Shown here: piece by piece, positions 41,049-56,552 of the stretch
Layout: each line of letters begins with the position of its first letter
Position numbering within the stretch: position 1 is the first letter of the stretch
Assembly: GCA_964016885.1 (NCBI GenBank)
Contig: OZ024764.1
Location: 29,078,001-29,142,000 of the forward strand
DNA from: Eledone cirrhosa
Taxonomy: Eukaryota
DNA: 64,000 bases
Direction: 5' to 3'
Made by a program: the position numbers and the translations under genes
Notes under the pieces: model-generated
Seen by the model: only the letters and a program-made list of their open reading frames with translations
Told to the model about the DNA's origin: nothing
Database searches by the model: none

Positions 41049-41169
41049 CTATTTTGGTACAGCCGCATGTGTTAGGGCAGGCAGTGTGACATTGGGTAAG
41101 TGTGTGTCACTGGTAGCATTGCTTGCGGCCCACAGTCGGTTTATTGCATCATAGGTCCCAATGAAAGCT
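41049..41169 (-). CDS. Aa_trans-family amino-acid transporter, terminal coding exon (11 of 11 visible)
   Basis: ttttcag acceptor, phase 2 matches the previous exon. Reads (G)AFIGTYDAINRLWAASNATSDTHLPNVTLPALTHAAVPK* with TAG at 41051-41049. Confidence 0.85.
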
Positions 41170-41198
41170 CTGAAAATAATAATAATAATAATAATAAT

Positions 41199-41670
41199 GA
41201 TTTGTTTATTAACCACAAGGGTTTACATAAAGTAGACATTAAGGACAGTGCAGGACAATACAGGACGGTACAAATGGGCATTTCTGCGTGTAAAAAACAA
41301 AAACAGAGGATGTAACAAAAAAATAACAATGAAAAATTCCCCAATAGGGGGGAGACTTCGGAGGGACATTTGTGGAGAAAGCTCATTAAAAGGCCACAGT
41401 GACCCTGACCACCAAGGCAAGTGCCCTCTCCCAGTTTTCCACCTTTAATTTACAGATACATACTCACTCGGGCGATTCTTGCTTCTCTCACCCATCTTTC
41501 AACAAAATGCTGGGAAGAGAGCACTTCATCTCTACTCTGATTTTCCTTTTCAAATGAAATTTGAAAAATTCAATCAGGGCATCACCAAAGAGGTAAGTGC
41601 TCGTCTTCAGCCCTTTCAAACGTGTCCACCATACTATCTCTTTCGCCATGGCCACCAGACAGATAAAAAC
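41199..41670 (-). mobile_element. Tx1/L1-like LINE 3' end (ORF2 C-terminus plus 3' UTR, AATAAA), flanked by (TTA)n
   Basis: VFICLVAMAKEIVWWTRLKGL...LIEFFKFHLKRKIRVE. A related 3' UTR piece (ccccaataggggggag) occurs at ~63730-63950. Confidence 0.65.
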
Positions 41671-41672
41671 TT

Positions 41673-41716
<44 letters not shown>

Positions 41717-41863
41717 TAACAAGGAGATGGAATCATATATATGTGTATTTTCTTCACCCTAGTCGTTTAACGTCCCTTGTGATTTGAACGCTTATATGTA
41801 TATATCTGTGTTTGTCTTTCTTTACATATTATATGGCGTCCGACCGTCCCCCCCCCCCCCCAC

Positions 41864-42037
41864 CTATCGGTAGAGGCTCGGACGCCATGCTTTCTAGCAT
41901 AGTTATGTCCCTTTAAGGTCTGAGTTCAAATCCCATTGAGGTTAACTTTGCCTTTCATCCTTACCAAGTCGATAAAATAAAGTACCAGTAATGTACTGGA
42001 TAATTGCTGGCTTTGTGCCAAGAGTAGAAACAATTAT
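41864..42037 (+). mobile_element. tRNA-derived SINE (family of 1401)
   Basis: tatcggtagag...gagttcaaatccc...gcctttcatcctt...gtcgataaaataaagtaccagt. Confidence 0.75.
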
Positions 42038-42134
42038 TATATACAGCTCGGAAATTTTTTTTCCTTGAGCTATTTTAATTATAAGGGACTATTGTGAGTT
42101 TTTAACTCAATATATACTTTTGATAGATATATAT

Positions 42135-44500
42135 GTAGAAGACTTGGGGTGAGGTGATAAAAGCTGATCCTGCCCAATTGCACCTCTCAAGGGCGATGAC
42201 ACAGGGCCGTGACTTCTGGCGTCACGCAGTAATACAGAAGACCCGACTTCCCACGGGTTCAAGCTGAAGCATATAGACAATATGCCCCCACCCCCTCCCA
42301 CTGCAAAGTGGTCGTGGAGGTGCCACGGCAAAATAGCACCCAGCCCACACTGTAAAGTGGTCGTGGAGGTGCCACGGCAAAAACGCACCCAGAACTCACT
42401 GTAAAGTGGTCGTGGAGGTGCCACGGCAAAAACGCACCCAGCCCACACTGTAAAGTGGTCGTGGAGGTGCCACGGCAAAAAAGCACCCAGCCCACACTGT
42501 AAAGTGGTCGTGGAGGTGCCACGGCAAAAACGCACCCAGCCCACACTGTAAAGTGGTCGTGGAGGTGCCACGGCAAAAAAGCACCCAGCCCACACTGTAA
42601 AGTGGTCGTGGAGGTGCCACGGCAAAAAAGCACCCAGCACTCACTGTAAAGTGGTCGTGGAGGTGCCACGGCAAAAAAGCATCCAGCCCACACTGTAAAG
42701 TGGTCGTGGAGGTTCCACGGCAAAAAAGCACCCAGCCCACACTGTAAAGTGGTCATGGAGGTGCCACGGCAAAAAAGGCACCCAGAACTCACTGTAAAGT
42801 GGTCGTGGAGGTGCCACGGCAAAAAAGGCACCCAGAACTCACTGTAAAGTGGTCGTGGAGGTGCCACGGCAAAAAAGCACCCAGCCCACACTGTAAAGTG
42901 GTCGTGGAGGTGCCACGGCAAAAAAGCACCCAGCCCACACTGTAAAGTGGTCGTGGAGGTGCCACGGCAAAAAAGGCACCCAGAACTCACTGTAAAGTGG
43001 TCGTGGAGGTGCCACGGCAAAAAAGCACCCAGCCCACACTGTAAAGTGGTCGTGGAGGTGCCACGGCAAAAACGCATCCAGCCCACACTGTAAAGTGGTC
43101 GTGGAGGTGCCACGGCAAAAAAGCATCCAGCCCACACTGTAAAGTGGTCATGGAGGTGCCACGGCAAAAAAGCACCCAGCCCACACTGTAAAGTGGTCAT
43201 GGAGGTGCCACGGCAAAAAAGGCACCCAGAACTCACTGTAAAGTGGTCGTGGAGGTGCCACGGCAAAAAAGGCACCCAGAACTCACTGTAAAGTGGTCGT
43301 GGAGGTGCCACGGCAAAAAAGGCACCCAGCCCACACTGTAAAGTGGTCGTGGAGGTGCCACGGCAAAAAAGGCACCCAGAACTCACTGTAAAGTGGTCGT
43401 GGAGGTGCCACGGCAAAAACGCACCCAGCCCACACTGTAAAGTGGTTGTGGAGGTGCCACGGCAAAAAAGGCACCCAGCCCACACTGTAAAGTGGTCGTG
43501 GAGGTACCACGGCAAAAAAGGCACCCAGCCCACACTGTAAAGTGGTCGTGGAGGTGCCACGGCAAAAAAGGCACCCAGAACTCACTGTAAAGTGGTCGTG
43601 GAGGTGCCACGGCAAAAACGCACCCAGCCCACACTGTAAAGTGGTTGTGGAGGTGCCACGGCAAAAAAGGCACCCAGCCCACACTGTAAAGTGGTCGTGG
43701 AGGTGCCACGGCAAAAAAGGCACCCAGAACTCACTGTAAAGTGGTCGTGGAGGTGCCACGGCAAAAACGCACCCAGCCCACACTGTAAAGTGGTCGTGGA
43801 GGTGCCACGGCAAAAACGCATCCAGCCCACACTGTAAAGTGGTCGTGGAGGTGCCACGGCAAAAAAGCACCCAGCCCACACTGTAAAGTGGTTGTGGAGG
43901 TGCCACGGCAAAAAAGCACCCAGCCCACACTGTAAAGTGGTCGTGGAGGTGCCACGGCAAAAAAGCACCCAGCCCACACTGTAAAGTGGTCGTGGAGGTG
44001 CCACGGCAAAAAAGCACCCAGCCCACACTGTAAAGTGGTCGTGGAGGTGCCACGGCAAAAAAAGCACCCAGCCCACACTGTAAAGTGGTTGTGGAGGTGC
44101 CACGGCAAAAAAGGCACCCAGCCCACACTGTAAAGTGGTCGTGGAGGTGCCACGGCAAAAACGCATCCAGCCCACACTGTAAAGTGGTCGTGGAGGTGCC
44201 ACGGCAAAAAAGCACCCAGCCCACACTGTAAAGTGGTCGTGGAGGTGCCACGGCAAAAAAGGCACCCAGCCCACACTGTAAAGTGGTCGTGGAGGTGCCA
44301 CGGCAAAAAAGGCACCCAGAACTCACTGTAAAGTGGTCGTGGAGGTGCCACGGCAAAAAAGGCACCCAGAACTCACTGTAAATGAGGTTGGTGTTAGGAA
44401 GGGCATCCAGCTGTAGAAATTAACACACTGCCCACAACAGGACAACCCGTCTAACCCATGCTAGTGTGGGAGAATGGACGTAAAATGATGATGATGATGA
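42135..44500 (+). mobile_element. RTE-like LINE 3' end whose internal 49/50-bp segment is amplified about 42 times (42299-44380)
   Basis: The 5' part resembles the RTE C-terminus at 57895-58050. Array unit cactgtaaagtggtcgtggaggtgccacggcaaaaaagcacccagccca. It resumes as gaggttggtgttaggaagggcatccagc...ggacgtaaaa(tga)n. Confidence 0.85.
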
Positions 44501-44618
44501 TATATACATTTAAGTATAAGGCTAATAATAATAATACTAGCAATCCTAATGCTTGTGATGATGAGAATAGCAAGAATGACAGTGAAGATGCTGGCTACAC
44601 ATTACAGTTCATACCTAC

Positions 44619-44678
44619 CCTATAACTCCAATGATAATTAATGCCACATCGAGTAACTTCCATGATAATGTTATAGAC
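44619..44678 (-). CDS. Aa_trans-family transporter exon 10
   Basis: ctgcag / gtaggt, phases 2-2; (G)[19 protein letters not shown](G). Confidence 0.9.
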
Positions 44679-44700
44679 CTGCAGACAACAATAAAATTAT

Positions 44701-46026
<1,326 letters not shown>

Positions 46027-46409
46027 AAACATGTAGGAGAAATATAGGAAACAAAGAAAAAAATGGGCAAAATGAACAGGCAGGAGACTCAGGGGTAGCC
46101 CCTGGGCAAGATGGTTGGGTAACATCCAGGAGCTTGGCTGGTCTCACTTAGGGATCCAGCCGGATCAGTTGGAGTCAGTTGCTTCTGACAGAGCCCCCTT
46201 GGAGCAGTGTTTGAGGACTCTGCCCCAACGACCCTCTCAGGAGTGGGTGAAGATGTGCTCTATAAATACTGCCTGAAGGGTGGGTGTAGTTGATAAGGGG
46301 GTGTTTAGAAGGGGGTACTGTAATACTTACAGCAGTGCAAAGAGGTGTATTACTGTACTACTTACCCCATGAAGGTTAGCGGAGGTGGAGAGGTGGTAGT
46401 AGTAGTACT

Positions 46410-46752
46410 TGTTAAGGCACATCGTTTAGTGGTTAGAGCATTGGGCTTGCAATCGAAAGGTTGTGAGTTCAATTCCCAGACCGGGTGATGTGTTGTTTCC
46501 TTGAGCAAGACACTTTATTTCACATTGCTCCAGTTTACTCAGCTGTAGAAATGAGATGATGAGGACTGGGGTCCCTATCATTCCACTGCAAAGTAGTCGT
46601 GGAGGTGCCACGGCAAAAAAGCACCCAGCACTCACTGTAAATGAGGTTGGTGTTAGGAAGGGCATCCAGCTGCAAATCAAGCCAGAATCAGTTCCCGTCC
46701 CACCCTTGCAAGCAGGGAAAAGTGGACGTAAAATGAAATGATGATGATGATG
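46410..46752 (+). mobile_element. tRNA/CORE-like SINE with an RTE-like tail
   Basis: ttagtggttagagc (A box), gagttcaattccc (B box), ccttgagcaagacactttatttcacattgctccag core and a (tga)n tail. Another copy starts at 57665. Confidence 0.8.
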
Positions 46753-46835
46753 ATATATATATATATATACTATTTTATAAAGACACTTTATTTCACGTTG
46801 CTCCAGTTTACTCAGCAGTAGAAATGAGATGATTG

Positions 46836-47768
46836 GGACTGGGGTCCCTATCATTAAATCACCCAAGACACCTCCAACGAGATATACCTTGGAGGAGGCC
46901 AGCTAAACCTGCATAAGGTGTGAGCTGTAACAATATGATAGGACTGGGGTCCCTATCATTAAATCACCCACGACACCTCCAACGAGATATACCTTGGAGG
47001 AGGCCAGCTAAAGCTGCATAAGGTGTGAGCTGTAACAACATGAGAGGACTGGGGTCCCTATCATTAAATCACCCGAGACACCTTCAACGAGATATACCTT
47101 GGAGGAGGCCAGCTAAACCTGCATAAGGTGGGAGCTGTAACAATGATAGGACTGGGGTCCCTATCATTAAATCACCCACGACACCTCCAACGAGATATAC
47201 CTTGGAGGAGGCCAGCTAAACCTGCATAAGGTGTGAGCTGTAACAATATGATAGGACTGGGGTCCCTATCATTAAATCACCCGAGACACCTTCAACGAGA
47301 TATACCTTGGAGGAGGCCAGCTAAACCTGCATAAGGTGGGAGCTGTAACAATGATAGGACTGGGGTCCCTATCATTAAATCACCCACGACACCTCCAACG
47401 AGATATACCTTGGAGGAGGCCAGCTAAACCTGCATAAGGTGTGAGCTGTAACAATATGATAGGACTGGGGTCCCTATCATTAAATCACCCAAGACACCTC
47501 CAACGAGATATACCTTGGAGGAGGCCAGCTAAACCTGCATAAGGTGTGAGCTGTAACAATATGATAGGACTGGGGTCCCTATCATTAAATCACCCAAGAC
47601 ACCTCCAACGAGATATACCTTGGAGGAGGCCAGCTAAACCTGCATAAGGTGTGAGCTGTAACAACAAGATAGGACTGGGGTCCCTATCATTAAATCACCC
47701 GAGACACCTCCAACGAGATATACCTTGGAGGAGGCCAGCTAAACCTGCATAAGGTGTGAGCTGTAACA
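46836..47768. repeat. 103-105-bp tandem array, about 9 copies
   Basis: ggactggggtccctatcatt recurs at 46941, 47046, 47149 and onward. The unit starts with SINE-derived sequence. Confidence 0.94.
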
Positions 47769-47797
47769 ACAACAACAACAACAGTAGTAGTACTTAC

Positions 47798-47949
47798 CCC
47801 CTGAATATGATAATGTGGAAAAGACCAGGCAGTATGAAAGCCAGCAGAGTACAGCAGGATGCACCTATAAGTGCCATTAGGTTAGCAAAGTCTGGGATGG
47901 TGACCACAATGAGACCAGTTAATAGCACCAAGAACATCCTCAGAATATT
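47798..47949 (-). CDS. Aa_trans-family transporter exon 9
   Basis: tgacag / gtaagt, phases 0-2; NILRMFLVLLTGLIVVTIPDFANLMALIGASCCTLLAFILPGLFHIIIFR(G), the typical R..LV......IP.F...L.G...LA.ILP region. Confidence 0.95.
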
Positions 47950-48171
47950 CTGTCAACGACGACAACAACAACAACAACAACAACATTAACAACAACAATG
48001 GTTTTTAATTCAGGCACAAGGCCAGCAATTTTTTTTTTTGGGGGGGGGGGGGGGGGATTAAATCGACCCCAGTTAATTACTGGTGTTTTATTTTATCGAC
48101 CCCGTAAGGATGAAAGGCAAAGTTAACCTCGGCAGGATTTGAACTCAGACCATAAAGGTCCGTAACTCTAT

Positions 48172-50927
48172 GCAATAGTATATATAGAGTAATGTAAATG
48201 TTATGTGAGATATTATGTGAGGTAAAGCCTTTACTGTGAAAATACAATAGTATATATAGAGTAATGTAAATGTTATGTGAGATATTATGTGAGGTAAAGC
48301 CTTTACTGTGACAATACAATAGTATATATAGAGTAATGTAAATGTTATGTGAGGTATTATGTGAGGTAAAGCCTTTACGGTGAAAATACAATAGTATATA
48401 TAGAGTGATGTAAATATTATGTGAGATATTATGTGAGGTAAAGCCTTTACTGTGAAAATACAATAGTATATATAGAGTAATGTAAATGTTATGTGAGATA
48501 TTATGTGAGGTAAAGCCTTTACTGTGACAATACAATAGTATATATAGAGTAATGTAAATGTTATGTGAGATATTATGTGAGGTAAAGCCTTTACTGTGAC
48601 AATACAATAGTATATATAGAGTGATGTAAATATTATGTGAGATATTATGTGAGGTAAAGCCTTTACTGTGAAAATACAATAGTATATATAGAGTAATGTA
48701 AATGTTATGTGAGATATTATGTGAGGTAAAGCCTTTACTGTGACAATACAATAGTATATATAGAGTAATGTAAATGTTATGTGAGATATTATGTGAGGTA
48801 AAGCCTTTACTGTGACAATACAATAGTATATATAGAGTGATGTAAATATTATGTGAGATATTATGTGAGGTAAAGCCTTTACTGTGAAAATACAATAGTA
48901 TATATAGAGTAATGTAAATGTTATGTGAGATATTATGTGAGGTAAAGCCTTTACTGTGACAATACAATAGTATATATAGAGTAATGTAAATGTTATGTGA
49001 GATATTATGTGAGGTAAAGCCTTTACTGTGACAATACAATAGTATATATAGAGTGATGTAAATATTATGTGAGATATTATGTGAGGTAAAGCCTTTACTG
49101 TGACAATACAATAGTATATATAGAGTGATGTAAATATTATGTGAGATATTATGTGAGGTAAAGCCTTTACTGTGACAATACAATAGTATATATAGAGTAA
49201 TGTAAATGTTATGTGAGATATTATGTGAGGTAAAGCCTTTACTGTGACAATACAATAGTATATATAGAGGGATGTAAATATTATGTGAGATATTATGTGA
49301 GGTAAAGCCTTTACTGTGAAAATACAATAGTATATATAGAGTAATGTAAATGTTATGTGAGATATTATGTGAGGTAAAGCCTTTACTGTGACAATACAAT
49401 AGTATATATAGAGTAATGTAAATGTTATGTGAGATATTATGTGAGGTAAAGCCTTTACTGTGACAATACAATAGTATATATAGAGTGATGTAAATATTAT
49501 GTGAGATATTATGTGAGGTAAAGCCTTTACTGTGACAATACAATAGTATATATAGAGTAATGTAAATGTTATGTGAGATATTATGTGAGGTAAAGCCTTT
49601 ACTGTGAAAATACAATAGTATATATAGAGTGATGTAAATATTATGTGAGATATTATGTGAGGTAAAGCCTTTACTGTGAAAATACAATAGTATATATAGA
49701 GTAATGTAAATGTTATGTGAGATATTATGTGAGGTAAAGCCTTTACTGTGACAATACAATAGTATATATAGAGTAATGTAAATGTTATGTGAGATATTAT
49801 GTGAGGTAAAGCCTTTACTGTGACAATACAATAGTATATATAGAGTGATGTAAATATTATGTGAGGTAAAGCCTTTACTGTGACAATACAATAGTATATA
49901 TAGAGTAATGTAAATGTTATGTGAGATATTATGTGAGGTAAAGCCTTTACTGTGAAAATACAATAGTATATATAGAGTGATGTAAATATTATGTGAGATA
50001 TTATGTGAGGTAAAGCCTTTACTGTGAAAATACAATAGTATATATAGAGGAATGTAAATGTTATGTGAGATATTATGTGAGGTAAAGCCTTTACTGTGAC
50101 AATACAATAGTATATATAGAGTGATGTAAATATTATGTGAGATATTATGTGAGGTAAAGCCTTTACTGTGACAATACAATAGTATATATAGAGTAATGTA
50201 AATGTTATGTGAGATATTATGTGAGGTAAAGCCTTTACTGTGAAAATACAATAGTAAATATAGAGTATTGTAAATGTTATGTGAGATATTATGTGAGGTA
50301 AAGCCTTTACTGTGAAAATACAATAGTATATATAGAGTAATGTAAATGTTATGTGAGATATTATGTGAGGTAAAGCCTTTACTGTGACAATACAATAGTA
50401 TATATAGAGTAATGTAAATGTTATGTGAGATATTATGTAGGGTAAAGCCTTTACTGTGACAATACAATAGTATATATAGAGTAATGTAAATGTTATGTGA
50501 GATATTATGTGAGGTAAAGCCTCTACTATGAAAATACAATAGTATATATAGAGTAATGTAAATGTTATGTGAGATATTATGTGAGGTAAAGTCTTTACTG
50601 TGAAAATACAATAGTATATATAGAGTAATGTAAATGTTATGTGAGATATTATGTGAGGTAAAGCCTTTACTGTGACAATACAATAGTATATACAGAGTAA
50701 TGTAAATGTTATGTGAGATATTATGTGAGGTAAAGTCTTTACTGTGAAAATACAATAGTATATATAGAGTAATGTAAATGTTATGTGAGATATTATGTGA
50801 GGTAAAGCCTTTACTGTGAAAATACAATAGTATATATAGAGTAATGTAAATGTTATGTGAGATATTATGTGAGGTAAAGCCTTTACTGTGAAAATACAAT
50901 AGTATATATAGAGTAATGTAAATGTTA
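48172..50927. repeat. 72-bp tandem satellite, about 38 copies (intronic)
   Basis: Period 48241 to 48313. Confidence 0.97.
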
Positions 50928-50990
50928 AAGGGGTTAAAGAGTGATGATGATGATGGTGTGTGTGTGTGTAAAAACAAATAAATGACCTAC

Positions 50991-51064
50991 CCCTTTCCAT
51001 ACAAATTTTTCTGGATCATTAATTAAGCTGTTTTCCAGTAGTTTAGAAGCTGGGAACATCATCA
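50991..51064 (-). CDS. Aa_trans-family transporter exon 8
   Basis: ctgtag / gtaggt, phases 1-0; (V)MMFPASKLLENSLINDPEKFVWKG. Confidence 0.92.
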
Positions 51065-51224
51065 CTACAGAAGAGAAGTGAAGAAATATAGGTTAAAACC
51101 CCAGGAGAGAATTACAGTCCTCCTGCACACACACATACATATTGAACATATTGAAGGAAGTACACATTATATAATGTAGTCCTAGATATATTGTATCTGA
51201 ATAAAGTACACAATCTAATGCAGT

Positions 51225-52116
51225 TTAATGTGGTGTAGTGTAGTGTACTATAGTATGGCGTAGCGTAGGCGTGGCGTGGCGTGGCGTGGCGTGGCGTGGC
51301 GTGGCGTGGCGTGGCGTCGCGTAGTGTAGTGTAGTGTAGTGTAGTATGGTGTAGCACAGTGTAGTGTAATGTGGTGTGGCGTGGCGAAGCGTAGTGTGGT
51401 GTAGTGTAGTGTGGTGCGATGCGGTGTGATGTGGTATAGTGTAGTGTAGTATAGTATAGTGTGGTGTGGTTTGGTGTGGTGTGGTATAGTGTAATGTAGT
51501 ATAGTGTGATGTGGTGTAGTATAGTATAGTATAGTGTAGTATAGTATAGTGTGATGTATTATAGTATAGTGTGGTATAGTGTAGTATAGTGTGGTATAGT
51601 GTAGTATAGTATAGTGTAGTATAGTGTGGTATAGTGTAGTATAGTGTGGTATAGTGTAGTATAGTATAGTGTGGTATAGTGTAGTGTGATGTGGTGTGGT
51701 ATAGTGTAGTATAGTATAGTGTGGTATAGTGTAGTGTGATGTGGTGTGGTATAGTGTAGTATAGTGTGGTATAGTGTAGTATAGTGTGGTGTATTGTGGT
51801 GTAGTGTAATGAGGTGTGATGTGGTGTGGTATAGTGTAGTATAGTGTGGTATAGTATAGTATAGTGTGGTATAGTGTAGTGTGATGTGGTGTGGTATAGT
51901 GTAGTATAGTGTGGTGTAGTGTAGTATAGTGTGGTGTAGTGTGGTGTAGTGTAATGAGGTGTGATGTGGTGTGGTATAGTGTAGTATAGTGTGGTATAGT
52001 ATAGTATAGTGTGGTATAGTGTAGTGTGATGTGGTGTGGTATAGTGTAGTATAGTGTAGTATAGTGTGGTATAGTGTAGTATAGTGTGGTGTAGTGTAAT
52101 GAGGTGTGATGTGGTG
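51225..52116. repeat. Pentanucleotide-based array (tagtg/tggtg/tagta/tggcg), intronic
   Basis: Direct inspection. Confidence 0.95.
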
Positions 52117-52127
52117 TCTTCACTCAC

Positions 52128-52196
52128 CTGGATATGTGAAAAACATTGATAAACAAAGAAAGGACTTGACTATCATGGCAAAGTCCAGCGATTTCC
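52128..52196 (-). CDS. Aa_trans-family transporter exon 7
   Basis: ttacag / gtgagt, phases 1-1; (G)KSLDFAMIVKSFLCLSMFFTYP(V). Confidence 0.93.
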
Positions 52197-52289
52197 CTGT
52201 AAAAAACAAGAAAAAGAAATAAATTTGGCAGAAAAAAGTTATATCTACCTGTCTATCTACCTATCACTCTACCTACCTGTCTATCTACC

Positions 52290-55200
52290 CATCACTCTAT
52301 CTACCTGTCTATCACTCTATCTACCTCTCTGTCACTCTATCTACCTCTCTGTCACTCTATCTACCTCTCTATCACTCTATCTACCTGTCTGTCACTCTAT
52401 CTACCTCTCTATCACTCTATCTACCTCTCTATCACTCTATGTACCTCTCTGTCACTCTATCTACCTCTCTATCACTCTATCTACCTCTCTGTCACTCTAT
52501 CTACCTCTCTATCACTCTATCTACCTGTCTGTCACTCTATCTACCTCTCTGTCACTCTATCTACCTGTCTGTCACTCTATCTACCTCTCTATCACTCTAT
52601 CTACCTGTCTGTCACTCTATCTACCTCTCTGTCACTCTATCTACCTCTCTATCACTCTATCTACCTGTCTGTCACTCTATCTACCTCTCTGTCACTCTAT
52701 CTACCTCTGTCACTCTATCTACCTCTCTATCACTCTATCTACCTGTCTGTCACTCTATCTACCTCTCTGTCACTCTATCTACCTCTCTATCACTCTATCT
52801 ACCTCTCTATCACTCTATCTACCTGTCTGTCACTCTATCTACCTCTCTGTCACTCTATCTACCTCTCTATCACTCTATCTACCTGTCTGTCACTCTATCT
52901 ACCTCTCTGTCACTCTATCTACCTCTCTGTCACTCTATCTACCTCTCTATCACTCTATCTACCTGGCTGTCACTCTATCTACCTCTCTGTCACTCTATCT
53001 ACCTCTCTGTCACTCTATCTACCTCTCTATCACTCTATCTACCTGTCTGTCACTCTATCTACCTCTCTGTCACTCTATCTACCTCTCTATCACTCTATCT
53101 ACCTCTCTCTCACTCTATCTACCTGTCTGTCACTCTATCTACCTCTCTGTCACTCTATCTACCTCTCTATCACTCTATCTACCTCTCTCTCACTCTATCT
53201 ACCTCTCTGTCACTCTATCTACCTCTCTGTCACTCTATCTACCTCTCTATCACTCTATCTACCTGTCTGTCACTCTATCTACCTCTCTGTCACTCTATCT
53301 ACCTCTCTGTCACTCTATCTACCTCTCTATCACTCTATCTACCTGTCTGTCACTCTATCTACCTCTCTGTCACTCTATCTACCTCTCTGTCACTCTATCT
53401 ACCTCTCTATCACTCTATCTACCTGTCTGTCACTCTATCTACCTCTCTGTCACTCTATCTACCTCTCTATCTACCTCTCTGTCACTCTATCTACCTCTCT
53501 ATCTACCTCTCTGTCACTCTATCTACCTCTCTATCACTCTATCTACCTCTCTGTCACTCTATCTACCTGTCTGTCACTCTATCTACCTCTCTGTCACTCT
53601 ATCTACCTCTCTGTCACTCTATCTACCTCTCTATCACTCTATCTACCTGTCTGTCACTCTATCTACCTGTCTGTCACTCTATCTACCTCTCTGTCACTCT
53701 ATCTACCTCTCTGTCACTCTATCTACCTCTCTATCACTCTATCTACCTGTCTGTCACTCTATCTACCTCTCTGTCACTCTATCTACCTCTCTATCACTCT
53801 ATCTACCTCTCTATCACTCTATCTACCTCTCTGTCACTCTATCTACCTCTCTATCACTCTATCTACCTCTCTGTCACTCTATCTACCTCTCTGTCACTCT
53901 ATCTACCTCTCTATCACTCTATCTACCTCTCTGTCACTCTATCTACCTCTCTGTCACTCTATCTACCTCTCTGTCACTCTATCTACCTCTCTGCCACTCT
54001 ATCTACCTCTCTGTCACTCTATCTACCTCTCTGTCACTCTATCTACCTCTCTATCACTCTATCTACCTCTCTGTCACTCTATCTACCTCTCTGTCACTCT
54101 ATCTACCTCTCTATCACTCTATCTACCTCTCTGTCACTCTATCTACCTCTCTATCACTCTATCTACCTCTCTGTCACTCTATCTACCTCTCTGTCACTCT
54201 ATCTACCTCTCTATCACTCTATCTACCTCTCTGTCACTCTATCTACCTGTCTGTCACTCTATCTACCTGTCTATCACTCTATCTACCTCTCTATCACTCT
54301 ATCTACCTCTCTATCACTCTATCTACCTCTCTGTCTCTCTATCACTCTATCTACCTCTCTGTCACTCTATCTACCTCTCTATCACTCTATCTACCTCTCT
54401 GTCACTCTATCTACCTCTCTGTCACTCTATCTACCTCTCTATCACTCTATCTACCTCTCTGTCACTCTATCTACCTCTCTGTCACTCTATCTACCTGTCT
54501 ATCACTCTATCTACCTGTCTATCACTCTATCTACCTCTCTGTCACTCTATCTACCTCTCTGTCACTCTATCTACCTGTCTATCACTCTATCTACCTCTCT
54601 GTCACTCTATCTACCTCTCTATCACTCTATCTACCTGTATGTCACTCTATCTACCTGTCTGTCACTCTATCTACCTCTCTATCACTCTATCTACCTCTCT
54701 GTCACTCTATCTACCTCTCTATCACTCTATCTACCTGTCTGTCACTCTATCTACCTCTCTGTCACTCTATCTACCTCTCTGTCACTCTATCTACCTCTCT
54801 ATCACTCTATCTACCTCTCTGTCACTCTATCTACCTGTCTGTCACTCTATCTACCTCTCTGTCACTCTATCTACCTCTCTATCACTCTATCTACCTCTCT
54901 GTCACTCTATCTACCTCTCTATCACTCTATCTACCTCTCTGTCACTCTATCTACCTCTCTATCACTCTATCTACCTGTCTGTCACTCTATCTACCTCTCT
55001 ATCACTCTATCTACCTCTCTATCACTCTATCTACCTGTCTGTCACTCTATCTACCTCTCTGTCATTCTATCTACCTCTCTGTCACTCTATCTACCTCTCT
55101 GTCACTCTATCTACCTCTCTATCACTCTATCTACCTCTCTGTCACTCTATCTACCTCTCTGTCACTCTATCTACCTCTCTATCACTCTATCTACCTCTCT

Positions 55201-56318
55201 ATCACTCTATCTACCTCTCTGTCACTCTATCTACCTCTCTGTCACTCTATCTACCTCTCTGTCACTCTATCTACCTCTCTGTCACTCTATCTACCTGTCT
55301 ATCACTCTATCTACCTCTCTGTCACTCTATCTACCTCTCTATCACTCTATCTACCTGTCTGTCACTCTATCTACCTCTCTGTCACTCTATCTACCTCTCT
55401 GTCACTCTATCTACCTCTCTGTCACTCTATCTACCTCTCTGTCACTCTATCTACCTCTCTGTCACTCTATCTACCTCTCTGTCACTCTATCTACCTCTCT
55501 GTCACTCTATCTACCTCTCTGTCACTCTATCTACCTCTCTGTCACTCTATCTACCTCTCTGTCACTCTATCTACCTCTCTGTCACTCTATCTACCTCTCT
55601 GTCACTCTATCTACCTCTCTGTCACTCTATCTACCTCTCTGTCACTCTATCTACCTGTCTATCACTCTATCTACCTCTCTGTCACTCTATCTACCTGTCT
55701 GTCACTCTATCTACCTCTCTGTCACTCTATCTACCTCTCTGTCACTCTATCTACCTCTCTGTCACTCTATCTACCTGTCTGTCACTCTATCTACCTCTCT
55801 ATCACTCTATCTACCTCTCTGTCACTCTATCTACCTGTCTGTCACTCTATCTACCTCTCTGTCACTCTATCTACCTGTCTGTCACTCTATCTACCTCTCT
55901 ATCACTCTATCTACCTCTCTGTCACTCTATCTACCTGTCTGTCACTCTATCTACCTCTCTATCACTCTATCTACCTCTCTGTCACTCTATCTACCTCTCT
56001 ATCACTCTATCTACCTCTCTGTCACTCTATCTACCTGTCTGTCACTCTATCTACCTCTCTATCACTCTATCTACCTCTCTGTCACTCTATCTACCTGTCT
56101 GTCACTCTATCTACCTGTCTGTCACTCTATCTACCTCTCTATCACTCTATCTACCTGTCTGCCACTCTATCTACCTGTCTATCACTCTATCTACCTCTCT
56201 ATCACTCTATCTACCTGTCTGTCACTCTATCTACCTCTCTATCACTCTATCTACCTCTCTATCACTCTATCTACCTCTCTATCACTCTATCTACCTCTCT
56301 ATCACTCTATCTACCTGT
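52290..56318. repeat. 20-bp tandem satellite, about 200 copies (intronic)
   Basis: Unit [ga]tcactctatctacct[cg]tct. Confidence 0.98.
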
Positions 56319-56503
56319 CTACCTGTTTATCCATCAGTCTACCTGTCTGTGTACTTCTCTCCCTGTCTGTGTACTTCTCTCCCTGTCTGTCTGTCCGTCT
56401 ATCTACCTGTCTATCCATCTGTGTCTATTTCTCTACTTTTCTTTCTGTCTGCCTACCTGTCCATCTAGCTTAAGGCATACCTGTCTACCTGTGTCTTTCT
56501 TAC

Positions 56504-56552
56504 CTTTCGGAAGATTCAAAGTGATAATAGGATTTGTTGCTTTCCCAAATGA
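56504..56552 (-). CDS. Aa_trans-family transporter exon 6
   Basis: caacag / gtaag, phases 0-1; SFGKATNPIITLNLPK(G), the hallmark FG.....ITLNLP motif. Confidence 0.94.

Noticed and set aside
48077-51000. 966-aa and 951-aa minus-strand ORFs
   Set aside because: 72-bp satellite lying between confirmed donor and acceptor sites.
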